From: Alphaproteobacteria bacterium
Lineage (GTDB): Bacteria; Pseudomonadota; Alphaproteobacteria; CALKHQ01
Direction: 5' to 3'
Length of the DNA stretch: 64,000 bases
Assembly: GCA_965227515.1 (NCBI GenBank)
Contig: CBDDFZ010000002.1
Location: forward strand, 576,001-640,000
Under the pieces are notes generated by a model. It was given only the letters and a program-made list of their open reading frames with translations. It ran no database searches and was not told where the DNA came from. Positions 38,110 to 49,443 of the stretch are shown here, one piece after another (within the stretch, counting starts at the first letter, position 1; each line of letters starts with the position of its first letter). Position numbers and translations under genes: made by a program.

Positions 38110-41100
38110 CTAGCTCTCGTTGCCTTCCTCGTCGACCGGGACCGGCTGGCCGTCGCGGCGATAGACCCGATAGCTGTCCTCGCCGCCATTGCGCCACGCC
38201 TGGTCGCCGGTACGCGCCGCCAGATGATGGTTCTCCAGGCAGGCGCGCTCCAGGTCCAGCATGCGGTGGGCCATCTTGTAGCCCTCCAGCAGCGGCACCT
38301 GGCCGGGCATCGCCTCCACCACCAGCGCGTCCTGGGCTACCTGAACCCGTCGCGAGCTCAGCACCTGGTCGCTGGCTTGCGGGTCGGTGATGAACGCCTG
38401 GCCGCGCATCTGCGCGATCACGTCGTCCAGTTCCTCCTCGCTGTACTGGCGGGCGAGTTGCTGGAACAGCTCGGTGTCGCGCAACTCGTCGTCCGACAGG
38501 GTGGAGAAGTCGCTGCCCGGCGTCATCGTGCGCACCAGCGCCTCGGCCAGCGCCATCGACGGGCCGACGAAATCGAAGATCTCCTCGTCGCCGTGATAGC
38601 CCTGGCGCATCAGGCCCCGGGTCAGTTGCGGCAGCGACAGTCCGCCGAAGGTCTCGGTGCGCAAGATCTTGTCGTAGTCGGTGCGCGGCGAGGCTTGCCA
38701 GATGAACTGCATGTAGTGGCAGATGTTCTGGCGCACGTGGGCGACCACCCGGTCCAGGCGCGAGCGGACGCGCTGATACGCGTCCTCGGCCGTCTGCAGT
38801 TCCTTGGTGGCTGTGGTCAGGGCTTCGCGCAGGCTTTGCAGCCTTGCCTCGTGCTCGCGCGCGGCTTCCGGCGGGTCGCCGGCCGGCAGCACGCGGTTCT
38901 CCGCCACCGTCAGCGCCAGCCTGCGCTCGTCCTGGACCGAGCGGGCCCGCAGTTCTGCCCGCGCCAGTGCCTCGATGTCGCCGACGCCGTTCTCCAGGTC
39001 CGACGACAATTGCGCCGGCAGCACGTTGATCAGGATGTGCGCGTTGTCGGCCAGGAACTTCTCGTCGATTTCCGGTTCGCTCGGCACCGCGCGGGTGCGC
39101 AGCAGCACCGGCCGCAGATCGTGCAGTTCCACGGTCACGGAATACTGCCGCAGCAGCTGGTAGTAGAAGTAGTTGGCGGTGATCTCCTGGTTCGGGTTCA
39201 CCACCTCGATCACCGAATCGGTTTCCTGCTCGACCGTCGTCTCCTCGCGCAGTTTCACCTCGCGCTTCTCGTTGTACGACATGGTCGCCTTCATCGACGC
39301 CTCGGCGATCGACGACTGTGCGGCACGGCTCATCGAGCCGATGGAGATGGTGTTGGTCGAAGTGACGTCCAGGCTGCCGATCACGATATCGAAGCCGCCG
39401 GAGGCCGACAGCGAGAAGTCGAACTTGTTTGTGTTCTCCTTCACGATCTCCGACGTTTCCTTCTGGGTCCGCGTGTAGTCGTTCTGCTGCGAGCGGGCGA
39501 ACTCCTGCACCGTCTGTTCCTCGCCCAGGCGCTTGACGAAGGTGCGGCGGTGGATGCGCTCCTTCTGTGCCGGCATCAGGTTCTTGTGCCCGACCAGCTT
39601 GCCTTTGACGTAGCCCTCCGGCGTCCAGTACTGGCGGTAGATCATCAGCAGGCCCAGGCGCTTCGACCCTTCGCCCCAGCGCTCGCTCCACAACGGCAAC
39701 TGCTCGGCGATGTCGTCCAGCAGCCGGGCGATGATGTACAGGGCATCGTTGATCTGGCCTTCGGCCAGGCGCTGGAAGTCCTTCAGCAGTTGCTCGCTGT
39801 TGCCTTTGGATTTGTCGACGGCATCGCGCATCTCGATGGCCGCCTGCTTCAGGCCGTCCAGGGCATCCTTGAACGGTCCGGCGAGATAGAACAGGTAGCG
39901 GCTGAGGGAGCGCACCTGCTCGTGGTCGTCGATGACCATGTCGCCATAGACCGCGCGCACGTTGCCGGGCCGCAAGCCCTCGATCTCCAGGTAGTCGGCT
40001 TTCTCGTTGCCGTCCTGGTTGCGGCGCATCTTGTCGTCTTCATAGAGACGGTAGTCGGGAACATCGGCAATGGCGATCGCCAGTTTCTCCAGCGAGGCCC
40101 GCGGGTTTGCATCGCCGAGCTTGCCGATGAACTGGCGCCGGCGCGCCGCGGACCGCACCAGGGTGGCGGCCGTGCGCATGCGCCGTTTCCACGCCCGCAC
40201 ATCGGTCAACGACGTCTGTTCGTCGACCTGCATCACCCGACTGAGCAGGTCGCGCGTTTCGGCGGCGACATTCGGCGGCTCCTGCAGGTTGCCGGCTGCG
40301 TCCGGCACCGCCGGATAGGTGCCGAGCACATCCGACAGGCCGAAGCTGTCCAGGAAGTCGAGCACCGCATGGATCTGTGCCGCCGACGCGCGCACCGCGT
40401 CGATGGAACGATGGTCGATGCTGGCGATCTCGGGCCGCAACGGGCCGCATTCGTCCACCGGCACCACCACGGCGTAGTCGTAGAAGATGTGCTCGCGTTG
40501 CAGCAATTGGCCGGGAAATGTGTAGCGCGGCTCGGCATCCACCGGCGGGCGCAGCGGCTGCATGCCGGCATTCACCATCAGATCGTTGGCGTCGCAGGTG
40601 TGCATGAGCGCGGCGCCGGCATCGACGCCGTTTCCGTCGGCGCCGTTTCCATCAGCATTGCCGCCGTCGGTGGTCGCCGTGCCGTCGACGACCGCATCGC
40701 GACGCGGCGACGTGCGGCTGCCGGTGCCGGAGCTGCCTGAGGCGCCGTTGCCCGACCCGTTACCGTTACCGTTGCCGCCCGGCTGGTTGCCGCCGGCGCC
40801 ATTTCCGTTCGGTGGCGTTTCCGCGTTCAACGCGTTCGCCTCACGCGCCGCCAGCGCATCGGTCCAGGCGGGGCGCAGCGGCACCGGTGCCTTCAGGCGG
40901 ACGAGATCGCCCACTTCGGGGATGTCGCCCGGCTGATACATGGTGCCGGCGATGGCGCGCCAGCGGGTGGCGAACAGCGTGATCGCGGCATTGATCTGCT
41001 GCTGGATCGACTGCTGTTGGGCCGCGTTCGCGTTGCCTGCGGGGTATTTGTCGTCCCGGATGGCGGTGCTGATCTCGCACAGGGTCGGTGTCGCCGGAAA

Positions 41101-41481
41101 GTCGTAGAGGACCTCCGACGGCTCGACGTAGCCCGCGGTGGCAAGAACCTGATACTGCTGGGCCACCGGCTGGTCGGCAATTGCGTCAACGTCCATGTCG
41201 TGACCCAGATGCGCGGCCACGTCCGCGACGATGGGCAGGACGCGCGCGACCTCGGCCGCCATGCGTGCCTCGGCCTTCCGGGGGTTCGGTTGCGCGGCCA
41301 CCGCCTTTGCCAGAGCGTCGGCATCGGCAAGCTGGGCCTTGAGCGCGACGTCCCGCAGCACAAGGTGGCGCAGCGTCCGCTCCGCCGGCGACGGCAATGC
41401 CGCTCTCGCGGCCATGCCGTCAAAGAGCTTGGCATTCAAGTCGGCAGGCGCGGCCTTCGACTTCGATGTCTTGTCTATCAT
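38110..41481 (-). CDS. 1123-aa hypothetical protein with a putative beta-pore-forming/translocation hairpin module
   Basis: Long ORF; Gly/Asn linker; YRQ-W---GY--G-L----L-P, then a long S/T/E/K-rich segment with a hydrophobic tip, then NPN---T-NY-YYQL-R-Y; coiled coil. The CDS is well supported; the function is inferred. Confidence 0.85.
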   Translation of the reverse strand: MIDKTSKSKAAPADLNAKLFDGMAARAALPSPAERTLRHLVLRDVALKAQLADADALAKAVAAQPNPRKAEARMAAEVARVLPIVADVAAHLGHDMDVDAIADQPVAQQYQVLATAGYVEPSEVLYDFPATPTLCEISTAIRDDKYPAGNANAAQQQSIQQQINAAITLFATRWRAIAGTMYQPGDIPEVGDLVRLKAPVPLRPAWTDALAAREANALNAETPPNGNGAGGNQPGGNGNGNGSGNGASGSSGTGSRTSPRRDAVVDGTATTDGGNADGNGADGNGVDAGAALMHTCDANDLMVNAGMQPLRPPVDAEPRYTFPGQLLQREHIFYDYAVVVPVDECGPLRPEIASIDHRSIDAVRASAAQIHAVLDFLDSFGLSDVLGTYPAVPDAAGNLQEPPNVAAETRDLLSRVMQVDEQTSLTDVRAWKRRMRTAATLVRSAARRRQFIGKLGDANPRASLEKLAIAIADVPDYRLYEDDKMRRNQDGNEKADYLEIEGLRPGNVRAVYGDMVIDDHEQVRSLSRYLFYLAGPFKDALDGLKQAAIEMRDAVDKSKGNSEQLLKDFQRLAEGQINDALYIIARLLDDIAEQLPLWSERWGEGSKRLGLLMIYRQYWTPEGYVKGKLVGHKNLMPAQKERIHRRTFVKRLGEEQTVQEFARSQQNDYTRTQKETSEIVKENTNKFDFSLSASGGFDIVIGSLDVTSTNTISIGSMSRAAQSSIAEASMKATMSYNEKREVKLREETTVEQETDSVIEVVNPNQEITANYFYYQLLRQYSVTVELHDLRPVLLRTRAVPSEPEIDEKFLADNAHILINVLPAQLSSDLENGVGDIEALARAELRARSVQDERRLALTVAENRVLPAGDPPEAAREHEARLQSLREALTTATKELQTAEDAYQRVRSRLDRVVAHVRQNICHYMQFIWQASPRTDYDKILRTETFGGLSLPQLTRGLMRQGYHGDEEIFDFVGPSMALAEALVRTMTPGSDFSTLSDDELRDTELFQQLARQYSEEELDDVIAQMRGQAFITDPQASDQVLSSRRVQVAQDALVVEAMPGQVPLLEGYKMAHRMLDLERACLENHHLAARTGDQAWRNGGEDSYRVYRRDGQPVPVDEEGNES

Positions 41482-41575
41482 CTGAAAATATCTCGGCGAC
41501 TATTGGGGGTGCCGATAATCAGATCAGACGCATGTGTCCAGGGCATGACCGCCGTGCGACAATGCGCGGGCGATT

Positions 41576-41583
41576 ATGGTTAA
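41576..41583 (-). promoter_or_regulatory. TTAACCAT (CtrA-type 8-mer half site) upstream of the 1123-aa gene
   Basis: Plus strand ATGGTTAA reads TTAACCAT on the coding strand, about 95 bp before the ATG. Confidence 0.4.
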
Positions 41584-41589
41584 TGCGTG

Positions 41590-42471
41590 TCAGTGCCGGT
41601 CCTGGCGCAGATAGACGCGGCCCAGCGCGGCCGGCTCGTCGTCATTGCGGCGGTGGCGCAGGCCGGCGACCACCAGCACGCCGAGGGTCGCGATATAGGG
41701 CAGCATGGTCAGCAGGTAGACCGGCACATCCTCGCCCGAGGCCTGCAGGCGCGGCACCACCGCCTCGATAGCGCCGAACAGCAGCGCGCCGGACAATGCC
41801 AGCATCGGCCGCCAGCGCGCGAAGATGACCAGCCCGACCGCGATCCAGCCACGGCCCTGGGTCATGCCCTCGACCCAGACCTGGCTCGACGCGATGGAAA
41901 TGAAGCCGCCGCCCAGCCCGCAGAGCGCGCCGCCAGCCAGCACGGCCAGGAAACGCCGCCCCTGCACGCCGATGCCGATGGCGTCGGCCGCCGCCGGATC
42001 CTCGCCAACCGCGCGCAGCCTGAGCCCGGCCCGGGTCCGGTTCAGCCACCAGGCGAGGCCGACGGTCAGTAACAGCGCCAGCACGACGTCGATGCCCTGG
42101 CCCAGCACCAGGTCGGGCAGGCCGGGCAGCGGTGCGTTGGTGATCTCGCGGCCGATCAGCCCGGTCAGCCCGTAGCCGAGCGCGACCAGGATCAGCCCGG
42201 TCACCACCTGCTCGGTGCGGAACACCACCACGGCGACACCGAACACCGCCGACAGCAGCAGCCCGCCGACGGGGGCTGCGGCCAGCCCCAGCCATGCCGA
42301 ATTGGTCTCCAGGCAGACCAGGGCGCCGGTCATGGCGCCGCACAGCATCATGCCTTCCGAGCCCAGATTGAGGATGCCCGCACGCTCGTTGACGATCAGG
42401 CCCAGGGCGGCGACCAGCAGCGGTGCGGCATAGCCTGGCGTGGCGGCGATCCAGTTGATCAGGAAGTCCAT
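41590..42471 (-). CDS. Nucleoside/purine-type ABC transporter permease
   Basis: ERAG-LNLG-EGMML-GA, LRAVGE-P-AA, GRGWIA--LVIFA-W-P, LPY--TL. Confidence 0.92.
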   Translation of the reverse strand: MDFLINWIAATPGYAAPLLVAALGLIVNERAGILNLGSEGMMLCGAMTGALVCLETNSAWLGLAAAPVGGLLLSAVFGVAVVVFRTEQVVTGLILVALGYGLTGLIGREITNAPLPGLPDLVLGQGIDVVLALLLTVGLAWWLNRTRAGLRLRAVGEDPAAADAIGIGVQGRRFLAVLAGGALCGLGGGFISIASSQVWVEGMTQGRGWIAVGLVIFARWRPMLALSGALLFGAIEAVVPRLQASGEDVPVYLLTMLPYIATLGVLVVAGLRHRRNDDEPAALGRVYLRQDRH

Positions 42472-43534
42472 TCAGCCGGCCCTCGGATGTGCCACGTGCA
42501 CGCGATAGCGGGCGGCGAAGTCGACCACCACGACGCTGAGCAGGATCACTGCCTCCAGCACCTGGATGACCGCCAGCGGCAGTTGGTAGAACGCCTTCAG
42601 TGCGTCGCCGGAGACATAGACGCCCGCCAGCACCAGCCCCACCGGCAGCACCGCCACCGGGTTCAGCCGGGCCAGAAGCGCGATCAGGATGGCGCTGAAC
42701 GTCAGGTCGCCGGCGATGTGCTGGGTGAGCCGGTATTCCTGTCCGGCGACGATGACGGCACCGGTCAGCCCGCCGAGCGCGCCGGACAGCCCGACGCCGA
42801 CCAAGAGTGTGGTGACCACCGGCACGCCAGCCCCCTTGGCCGCGCGCGGGTTCTCGCCGACGGCCGCCGCCTGCAGGCCGAAGCGGGTGAACTGCAGCAG
42901 CGCCAGCACCACGACGGCGGCGCCGAGCGCGATCCACAGCCCACTGTGCACATGGCCGTAGCCGATCCTGAGCAGGCGCTCGAACGGGTCGTCGAATTGC
43001 GGCGAGATCGGAAACCCGGTCGCCGGGTCGCGCCACGGCACATAGAGCAATTGCTGCGCGGTCTGATAGGCGATGTAGGTCAGCATCAGGGTCGACACCA
43101 CTTCGCTGACGCCGAGCTTGATCTTCAAGAGTGCCGGGATGCCGATCCACACCGCGCCGGCCAGAGCGCCCGCCACCAGCATCAGCCCCAGCCGCCATGA
43201 CGGGTTGCCGATATCGTCGATGGCGATCCAGCTCGCGACGATGGCGCCGATCCAGGCCTGGCCGTCGACACCGATGTTCCAGAACTTGAGCCGGAGCGCC
43301 AGCACCGCGCCCAGGCCGACCAGACACAACGAGATCGCGCGGGTCAGCGCCTGGGAGAAGCCGCTGTCGGTGGTGAAGACGTAGAGCACGAACTCGTCGA
43401 GCATCGCGCCCGGCCCGACCCCACTGAGCGCGAGGATGGCCATCGCCAGCGCGAGGCCGAGGGCGACCCCCGCCGCCAGTACAACCGCTTGCCGGCGCAG
43501 CGATATGTGCTGGCGCGCGGTGAGGGTGAGGCGA

Positions 43535-43542
<8 letters not shown>
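42472..43542 (-). CDS. Nucleoside/purine-type ABC transporter permease
   Basis: WNIG--GQ---G, EVV-TLML-Y, G-NP-AA--AG, I--ALLARLNP. Confidence 0.92.
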
Positions 43543-45055
<1,513 letters not shown>

Positions 45056-45106
45056 GGGCAGCGGGCCACGGGCAATACCTACCGCATCAACGCACCCTTG
45101 CAGCCC

Positions 45107-46195
45107 CTATTCGGGGATGGTGCCGGTGATGCCCTCGACCAGGTAGTCCATGCCCCACAGCCCACCGTCGTCCAGGCTGGCGCCGTCCTCGACCACCACG
45201 GTGCCGTCCTGCTTCACCACCGGGCCGTCGAACGGGGTGGCGGAGCCGTCGGCGAACGCTGCCCGCCGGGCCATGATCGCCTCGGCCACGTCCGCCGGCA
45301 CCGCCTCGTGCAGCGGCGTGATGTCGGCGGTGCCGTATTCCAGGCCCACCAGCGGCAGGCCCTGGCTTTCCCAATTGCCGGCCGAGATCGCCTCGACCAC
45401 CGGGGTGAAATAGGTGTCCCAGTTGAAGATCACCGACGTCAGGTGCTTGGTGGGGGCCGCGACGCTCATGTCGTTCTGGAACCCGATCGACCAGATGCCG
45501 GCTTCCTCCGCCGCCACCATCGGCGCGGTGGACGACAGGTTGGTCGCCAGCACGTCGGCGCCCTGTTCCAGGATCGCGTCGGCCGCCTGACGTTCCTTCA
45601 CCGGGTCGTACCAGGTGTTGAGGAAGGTCACGATGACCTCGACATCGGGGTTGGTCTCCTGGGCGCCGCGCGCGAAGGCGTTGATGTCCCAGTTCACCAC
45701 CGAGACCGGGAAGCCGGCGATGATGCCGATGGTGCCTGCCTCGGTCATTGCGCCGGCGGCCATGCCGGCCAGGTACCAGGGCTGATAGGTGCGGGCGTAG
45801 AAGGTTTCCAGGTTCGCGGCGGCGGTCTCGCCGGCCACGTTCAGGAACGCGATGTTCGGATATTCCGCCGCCAACTCGACCAGGCCGTCGCCAAAGCCGT
45901 AGCTGGTGCCGATGATGATGTTGTAGCCACGGCTGAGGAAAATCTCGGCAGCCTGGCGCACCGCCTCGCTGGTCTCCTCGACGTTCTCGACAAAGGCCGC
46001 CTCCATGCCCAGGGCTTCCTGCATGCCCAGCCGGCCACGGTCCAGCGCCTCGGTCCAGCCGCCGTCATTGGTGGCCGAGTAGTAGAGGAAGGCGACCTTG
46101 GGCTCGTCCTCCAGCGTCACTTGCGCGTGCGCGGCGGCGCCAAAGCCAGCAAGTGCCAGGCTCAGCCCGGCGGCGATCATCCATCGCGATGTCAT
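45107..46195 (-). CDS. BMP-family ABC substrate-binding protein (purine/nucleoside type)
   Basis: Signal peptide; D-GW, GTS-G-G, YLAG-AAG, INAF--GA---NP, W-DP-KE, M---VEG--G. Confidence 0.9.
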   Translation of the reverse strand: MTSRWMIAAGLSLALAGFGAAAHAQVTLEDEPKVAFLYYSATNDGGWTEALDRGRLGMQEALGMEAAFVENVEETSEAVRQAAEIFLSRGYNIIIGTSYGFGDGLVELAAEYPNIAFLNVAGETAAANLETFYARTYQPWYLAGMAAGAMTEAGTIGIIAGFPVSVVNWDINAFARGAQETNPDVEVIVTFLNTWYDPVKERQAADAILEQGADVLATNLSSTAPMVAAEEAGIWSIGFQNDMSVAAPTKHLTSVIFNWDTYFTPVVEAISAGNWESQGLPLVGLEYGTADITPLHEAVPADVAEAIMARRAAFADGSATPFDGPVVKQDGTVVVEDGASLDDGGLWGMDYLVEGITGTIPE

Positions 46196-46405
46196 CAGTG
46201 TTCCCCTCGTTGCCTGTTACACCCTGCTTGAAGCAACTCATATGCCAGCGTTCGTGACCACGCAACGGACCTTCGCCCGAAATGGACGCCGGCGCCGGGC
46301 GGCCGTTGGCGCGGCATTTGCTGCGCCAGTGCTTGCATGGCGGCGGGGCCGGCGTATCCTGTCGCCGGATCGCTGGGACGACTGTGAGACGATGGGGGTC
46401 TGGAC

Positions 46406-47359
46406 ATGAGCGCGCCCGAGACATTGCCGGTCATCGACATCTCCGGCCTGCGCGGCGGCTCGGCCGAGGCGCGGCGCGAGGTGGCGCGGCAGATCGACAG
46501 TGCCTGCCGCTCGACCGGGTTCTTCTACATCAGCGGCCACGGCGTGCCGCAGGCGGCGATTGACGGCCTGGTCGCGGCGGGCCGCAGCTTCTTCGCCAAG
46601 CCGCTGGACGAGAAGATGGTAGTGTCCAGCGAGAAGTCGGAGCACTGGCGGGGGTATGTGCCGCTGTGCTCCGAGGAGCACAATCCCGGCCACGGCAAGG
46701 ACTGGCACGAGGCGCTGGACTTCGGCCGCGAGCCCCGTCCCGGCGAGCCGCCGAGCGCGGACTTCTACGGCCCCAACCAGTGGCCGGAGGACGCGCCCGG
46801 CCTGCGTGCGGCGGTGGACACCTATTACGCCGCCATGCTGGGGCTGGCGAACGACCTGCTGCGCGGCTTCGCGCTGGCGCTGAAGCTGGACGAGGACTGG
46901 TTCCTGCCCAAGTTCGACTGGGCGGCCGGCTGGCTGCGCCTGCTGCACTACCCGCCGCAACCCGACGGCGGCAGCGATGAAGGCATCGGCACCGGCGAGC
47001 ACACCGACTATGACGCCTTCACCATCCTGTGGCAGGACGGGAACGGCGGGCTGGAAGTGCATCCGCTGGGCGGCGACTGGATATCCGCGCCGCCGATCCC
47101 CGGCACCTTCGTCATCAACATCGCCAACCTGATGCAGCGCTGGACCAACGACGAGTACAAATCGACCCTGCATCGCGCGGTGAACCGCTCCGGCGTCGAG
47201 CGCACCTCGATCCCGTTCTTCCTCAACGCCAACCCGGAGACGGTGGTGGAATGCGTGCCGACCTGCACGCCGGCCAAGCACCCGCCGATCACCGCCGCCG
47301 AGCACGTGCGCGCCCGGGTGCTGGAGTCGCAACCCTTCCGCGAGACCGCCGCCGAGTAA
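46406..47359 (+). CDS. IPNS-family 2OG-Fe(II) dioxygenase, copy 1
   Basis: LPVIDI, GFFYI-GHG, GPNQWP, LRLLHYP, HTD, HR------R-S-PFF. Confidence 0.92.
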   Translation: MSAPETLPVIDISGLRGGSAEARREVARQIDSACRSTGFFYISGHGVPQAAIDGLVAAGRSFFAKPLDEKMVVSSEKSEHWRGYVPLCSEEHNPGHGKDWHEALDFGREPRPGEPPSADFYGPNQWPEDAPGLRAAVDTYYAAMLGLANDLLRGFALALKLDEDWFLPKFDWAAGWLRLLHYPPQPDGGSDEGIGTGEHTDYDAFTILWQDGNGGLEVHPLGGDWISAPPIPGTFVINIANLMQRWTNDEYKSTLHRAVNRSGVERTSIPFFLNANPETVVECVPTCTPAKHPPITAAEHVRARVLESQPFRETAAE

Positions 47360-48366
47360 TGAGCCCGTCGCTTGCCAGGCCCGCCGCGGCCGACGAGATC
47401 CCGGTCATCGATATCGCGCCGCTGATCGCGGGTGACGCCGGCGCCGACGATGTGGTCGCCGAGATCGGGGAGGCGTGCCGCCGCATCGGGTTCTTCGCCG
47501 TCACCGGCCATGGCGTGCCGGCGGAAACCTTGGCCGCCACCGATGCCTGCACCCGCGCCTTCTTCGACCTGCCGCTGGCCGACAAGATGGCGCTGGCGAT
47601 CGAGCTGTCGCCGCACAATCGCGGCTACATCCCGCTGAAGGGCGAGCGCCTGAACAAGGACCGCGCCCACGACGCCAAGGAGGCGTTCAATATCGGGCTC
47701 GACCTCACCGCCGACGACCCGGAGGTGATGGCCGGCAAGCGCTTTCGCGGGCTGAACGTATGGCCGCACCTGCCGGGCTGGCGCGAGGCGATCCTGGACT
47801 ATTTCGACCGCTGCTCGGCGCTGGGGCTGGCGCTGCTGTCGGCCTTCGCCCGCGACCTGGGCGCGCCGCCCGAGCGCTTCGCCGACGATATGGAAAAGCC
47901 CTCGGCGACGCTCCGCCTGCTGCGCTACCCGCCGCAGCCCAATGCCGCCGCGCGCCCGGGCGATGCCGACACCATCGGCGCCGGCGAGCACACCGACTAC
48001 GGCGCGTTGACCTTGCTGCTGCAGCTCGACGGCGGTGGGCTGGAGGTGCGGCGCCGCGACGGTGCGTGGGTGCAGGTGCCGGTGGTGCCGGGCAGCTTCG
48101 TCTGCAACATCGGCGAGTGCATCATGCGGGCGAGCAACGACACCTATGTGGCGACGCCGCACCGGGTGGTGTCGCGGTCGCCGGAGGAGCGGCATTCCAT
48201 CGCCTTCTTCTTCGACCCGAACCCCGATGCCACCATCCAGCCGCTCGACGCCTGCGTCGACGCGAACAACCCGGCGCACTATCCGCCGGTGCCGTTCGGC
48301 GATTTGCTCGCCTCCCGCCTCGATCCCACCTACGACTGGTCGGAAAGGGTTGTCGGCGGTGGCTGA
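47359..48366 (+). CDS. IPNS-family 2OG-Fe(II) dioxygenase, copy 2
   Basis: ATG overlaps the upstream TAA; IPVIDI, GFF--GHG, LRLLRYP, HTDYG, HRV-----R-S-AFF. Confidence 0.92.
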   Translation: MSPSLARPAAADEIPVIDIAPLIAGDAGADDVVAEIGEACRRIGFFAVTGHGVPAETLAATDACTRAFFDLPLADKMALAIELSPHNRGYIPLKGERLNKDRAHDAKEAFNIGLDLTADDPEVMAGKRFRGLNVWPHLPGWREAILDYFDRCSALGLALLSAFARDLGAPPERFADDMEKPSATLRLLRYPPQPNAAARPGDADTIGAGEHTDYGALTLLLQLDGGGLEVRRRDGAWVQVPVVPGSFVCNIGECIMRASNDTYVATPHRVVSRSPEERHSIAFFFDPNPDATIQPLDACVDANNPAHYPPVPFGDLLASRLDPTYDWSERVVGGG

Positions 48367-48367
48367 T

Positions 48368-49351
48368 ATGAGCGCGGCTGACACCGTCCCGGTCATCGAC
48401 ATCGCCGGACTGGACAGCGCCGACCCGGCGGATCGCCAGGCGGTGGCCGACCGGATCGGGGCAGCCTGCCGCGACATCGGTTTCTTCTACATCACCGGCC
48501 ATGGCGTGCCGGAGAAGCTGGTGGACGAAGCCAGGGCCGCGGCGGAGGCGTTCTTCGGCCTGCCGGTGGAGGAGAAGTGCGCGGTGCACATGCGCAATGC
48601 GCCGAACCATCGCGGCTACGTGCCGGTGAACGAAGAGATCATCGACGCCGCCGCGGGCCACGAGCCCCGCGAGGCGATCGACTTCGGTGTCGAGCGCGCG
48701 CCAGACGACCCGGTGACCATGGCCGAGCCGCGCTTCCATGGCCCGAACCAGTGGCCGGCGCGCCCGGCCGGTTTGCGCCCGGCGGTGGAGGCCTATCTGG
48801 ACGCGATGCTGGTGCTGAGCCGCAGGCTGGCGCGCGGGTTCGCGCTGGCGCTCGACATGCCCGAGGATTTCTTCGCCAGCCGCATGAACCACCCGCACGC
48901 GCTGCTGCGCCTGCAGCGCTATCCGGCGCCGGAGACCGAGCGCGACCGCGCGGCGTTCGGCATCGGCGCGCACTCCGACTACGAGTGCTACACCGTGCTG
49001 TGGCAGGACACCTGTGGCGGTCTTGAGTTGCTGAACGCGGCTGGCGAATGGGTGCCGGCGCCGCCGCGCGCGGGCACGTTCGTGGTCAACATCGGCGACC
49101 TGATGGCGCGCTGGTCGAACGACCGCTTCAAGTCCACCCAGCACCGCGCCAAGAACGTGGACCCGACCCGCAGCCGGTTCTCGATTCCCTGCTTCCTGGG
49201 GCCGGACTACGAGACGCTGGTCGAATGCCTGCCGACCTGCTGCGGCCCCGACGACCCGCCGCGCTATCCGCCGGTGGAGGCGGGCGCCTATGTGCACAGC
49301 CGGCTGAGCGACACCTTCGCCTACCTGAAGACCGGTGCTGCTGAGCACTGA
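48368..49351 (+). CDS. IPNS-family 2OG-Fe(II) dioxygenase, copy 3
   Basis: VPVIDI, GFFYI-GHG, GPNQWP, HSDY, NIGDL--RWSND, HR-------R-S-P-F. Confidence 0.92.
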   Translation: MSAADTVPVIDIAGLDSADPADRQAVADRIGAACRDIGFFYITGHGVPEKLVDEARAAAEAFFGLPVEEKCAVHMRNAPNHRGYVPVNEEIIDAAAGHEPREAIDFGVERAPDDPVTMAEPRFHGPNQWPARPAGLRPAVEAYLDAMLVLSRRLARGFALALDMPEDFFASRMNHPHALLRLQRYPAPETERDRAAFGIGAHSDYECYTVLWQDTCGGLELLNAAGEWVPAPPRAGTFVVNIGDLMARWSNDRFKSTQHRAKNVDPTRSRFSIPCFLGPDYETLVECLPTCCGPDDPPRYPPVEAGAYVHSRLSDTFAYLKTGAAEH

Positions 49352-49443
49352 ACTTGCCTCTGCAAGGTCGGTCGCAGGATTGTCGCCACAATCGCCGATA
49401 TACTGCGCTCAGGATCGTATTCCAGACAGAGGGATTTTTCAGG

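Noticed and set aside
36670-40740. 1356-aa ORF on the + strand
   Set aside because: Antisense shadow of the two minus-strand genes; its composition is typical of high-GC reverse-frame ORFs and it has no motifs.
47029-47358. Extended starts of dioxygenases 2 and 3 suggesting overlap or frameshift fusion
   Set aside because: Each paralogue has its own ATG directly at the previous stop (47359, 48368) and a complete domain.
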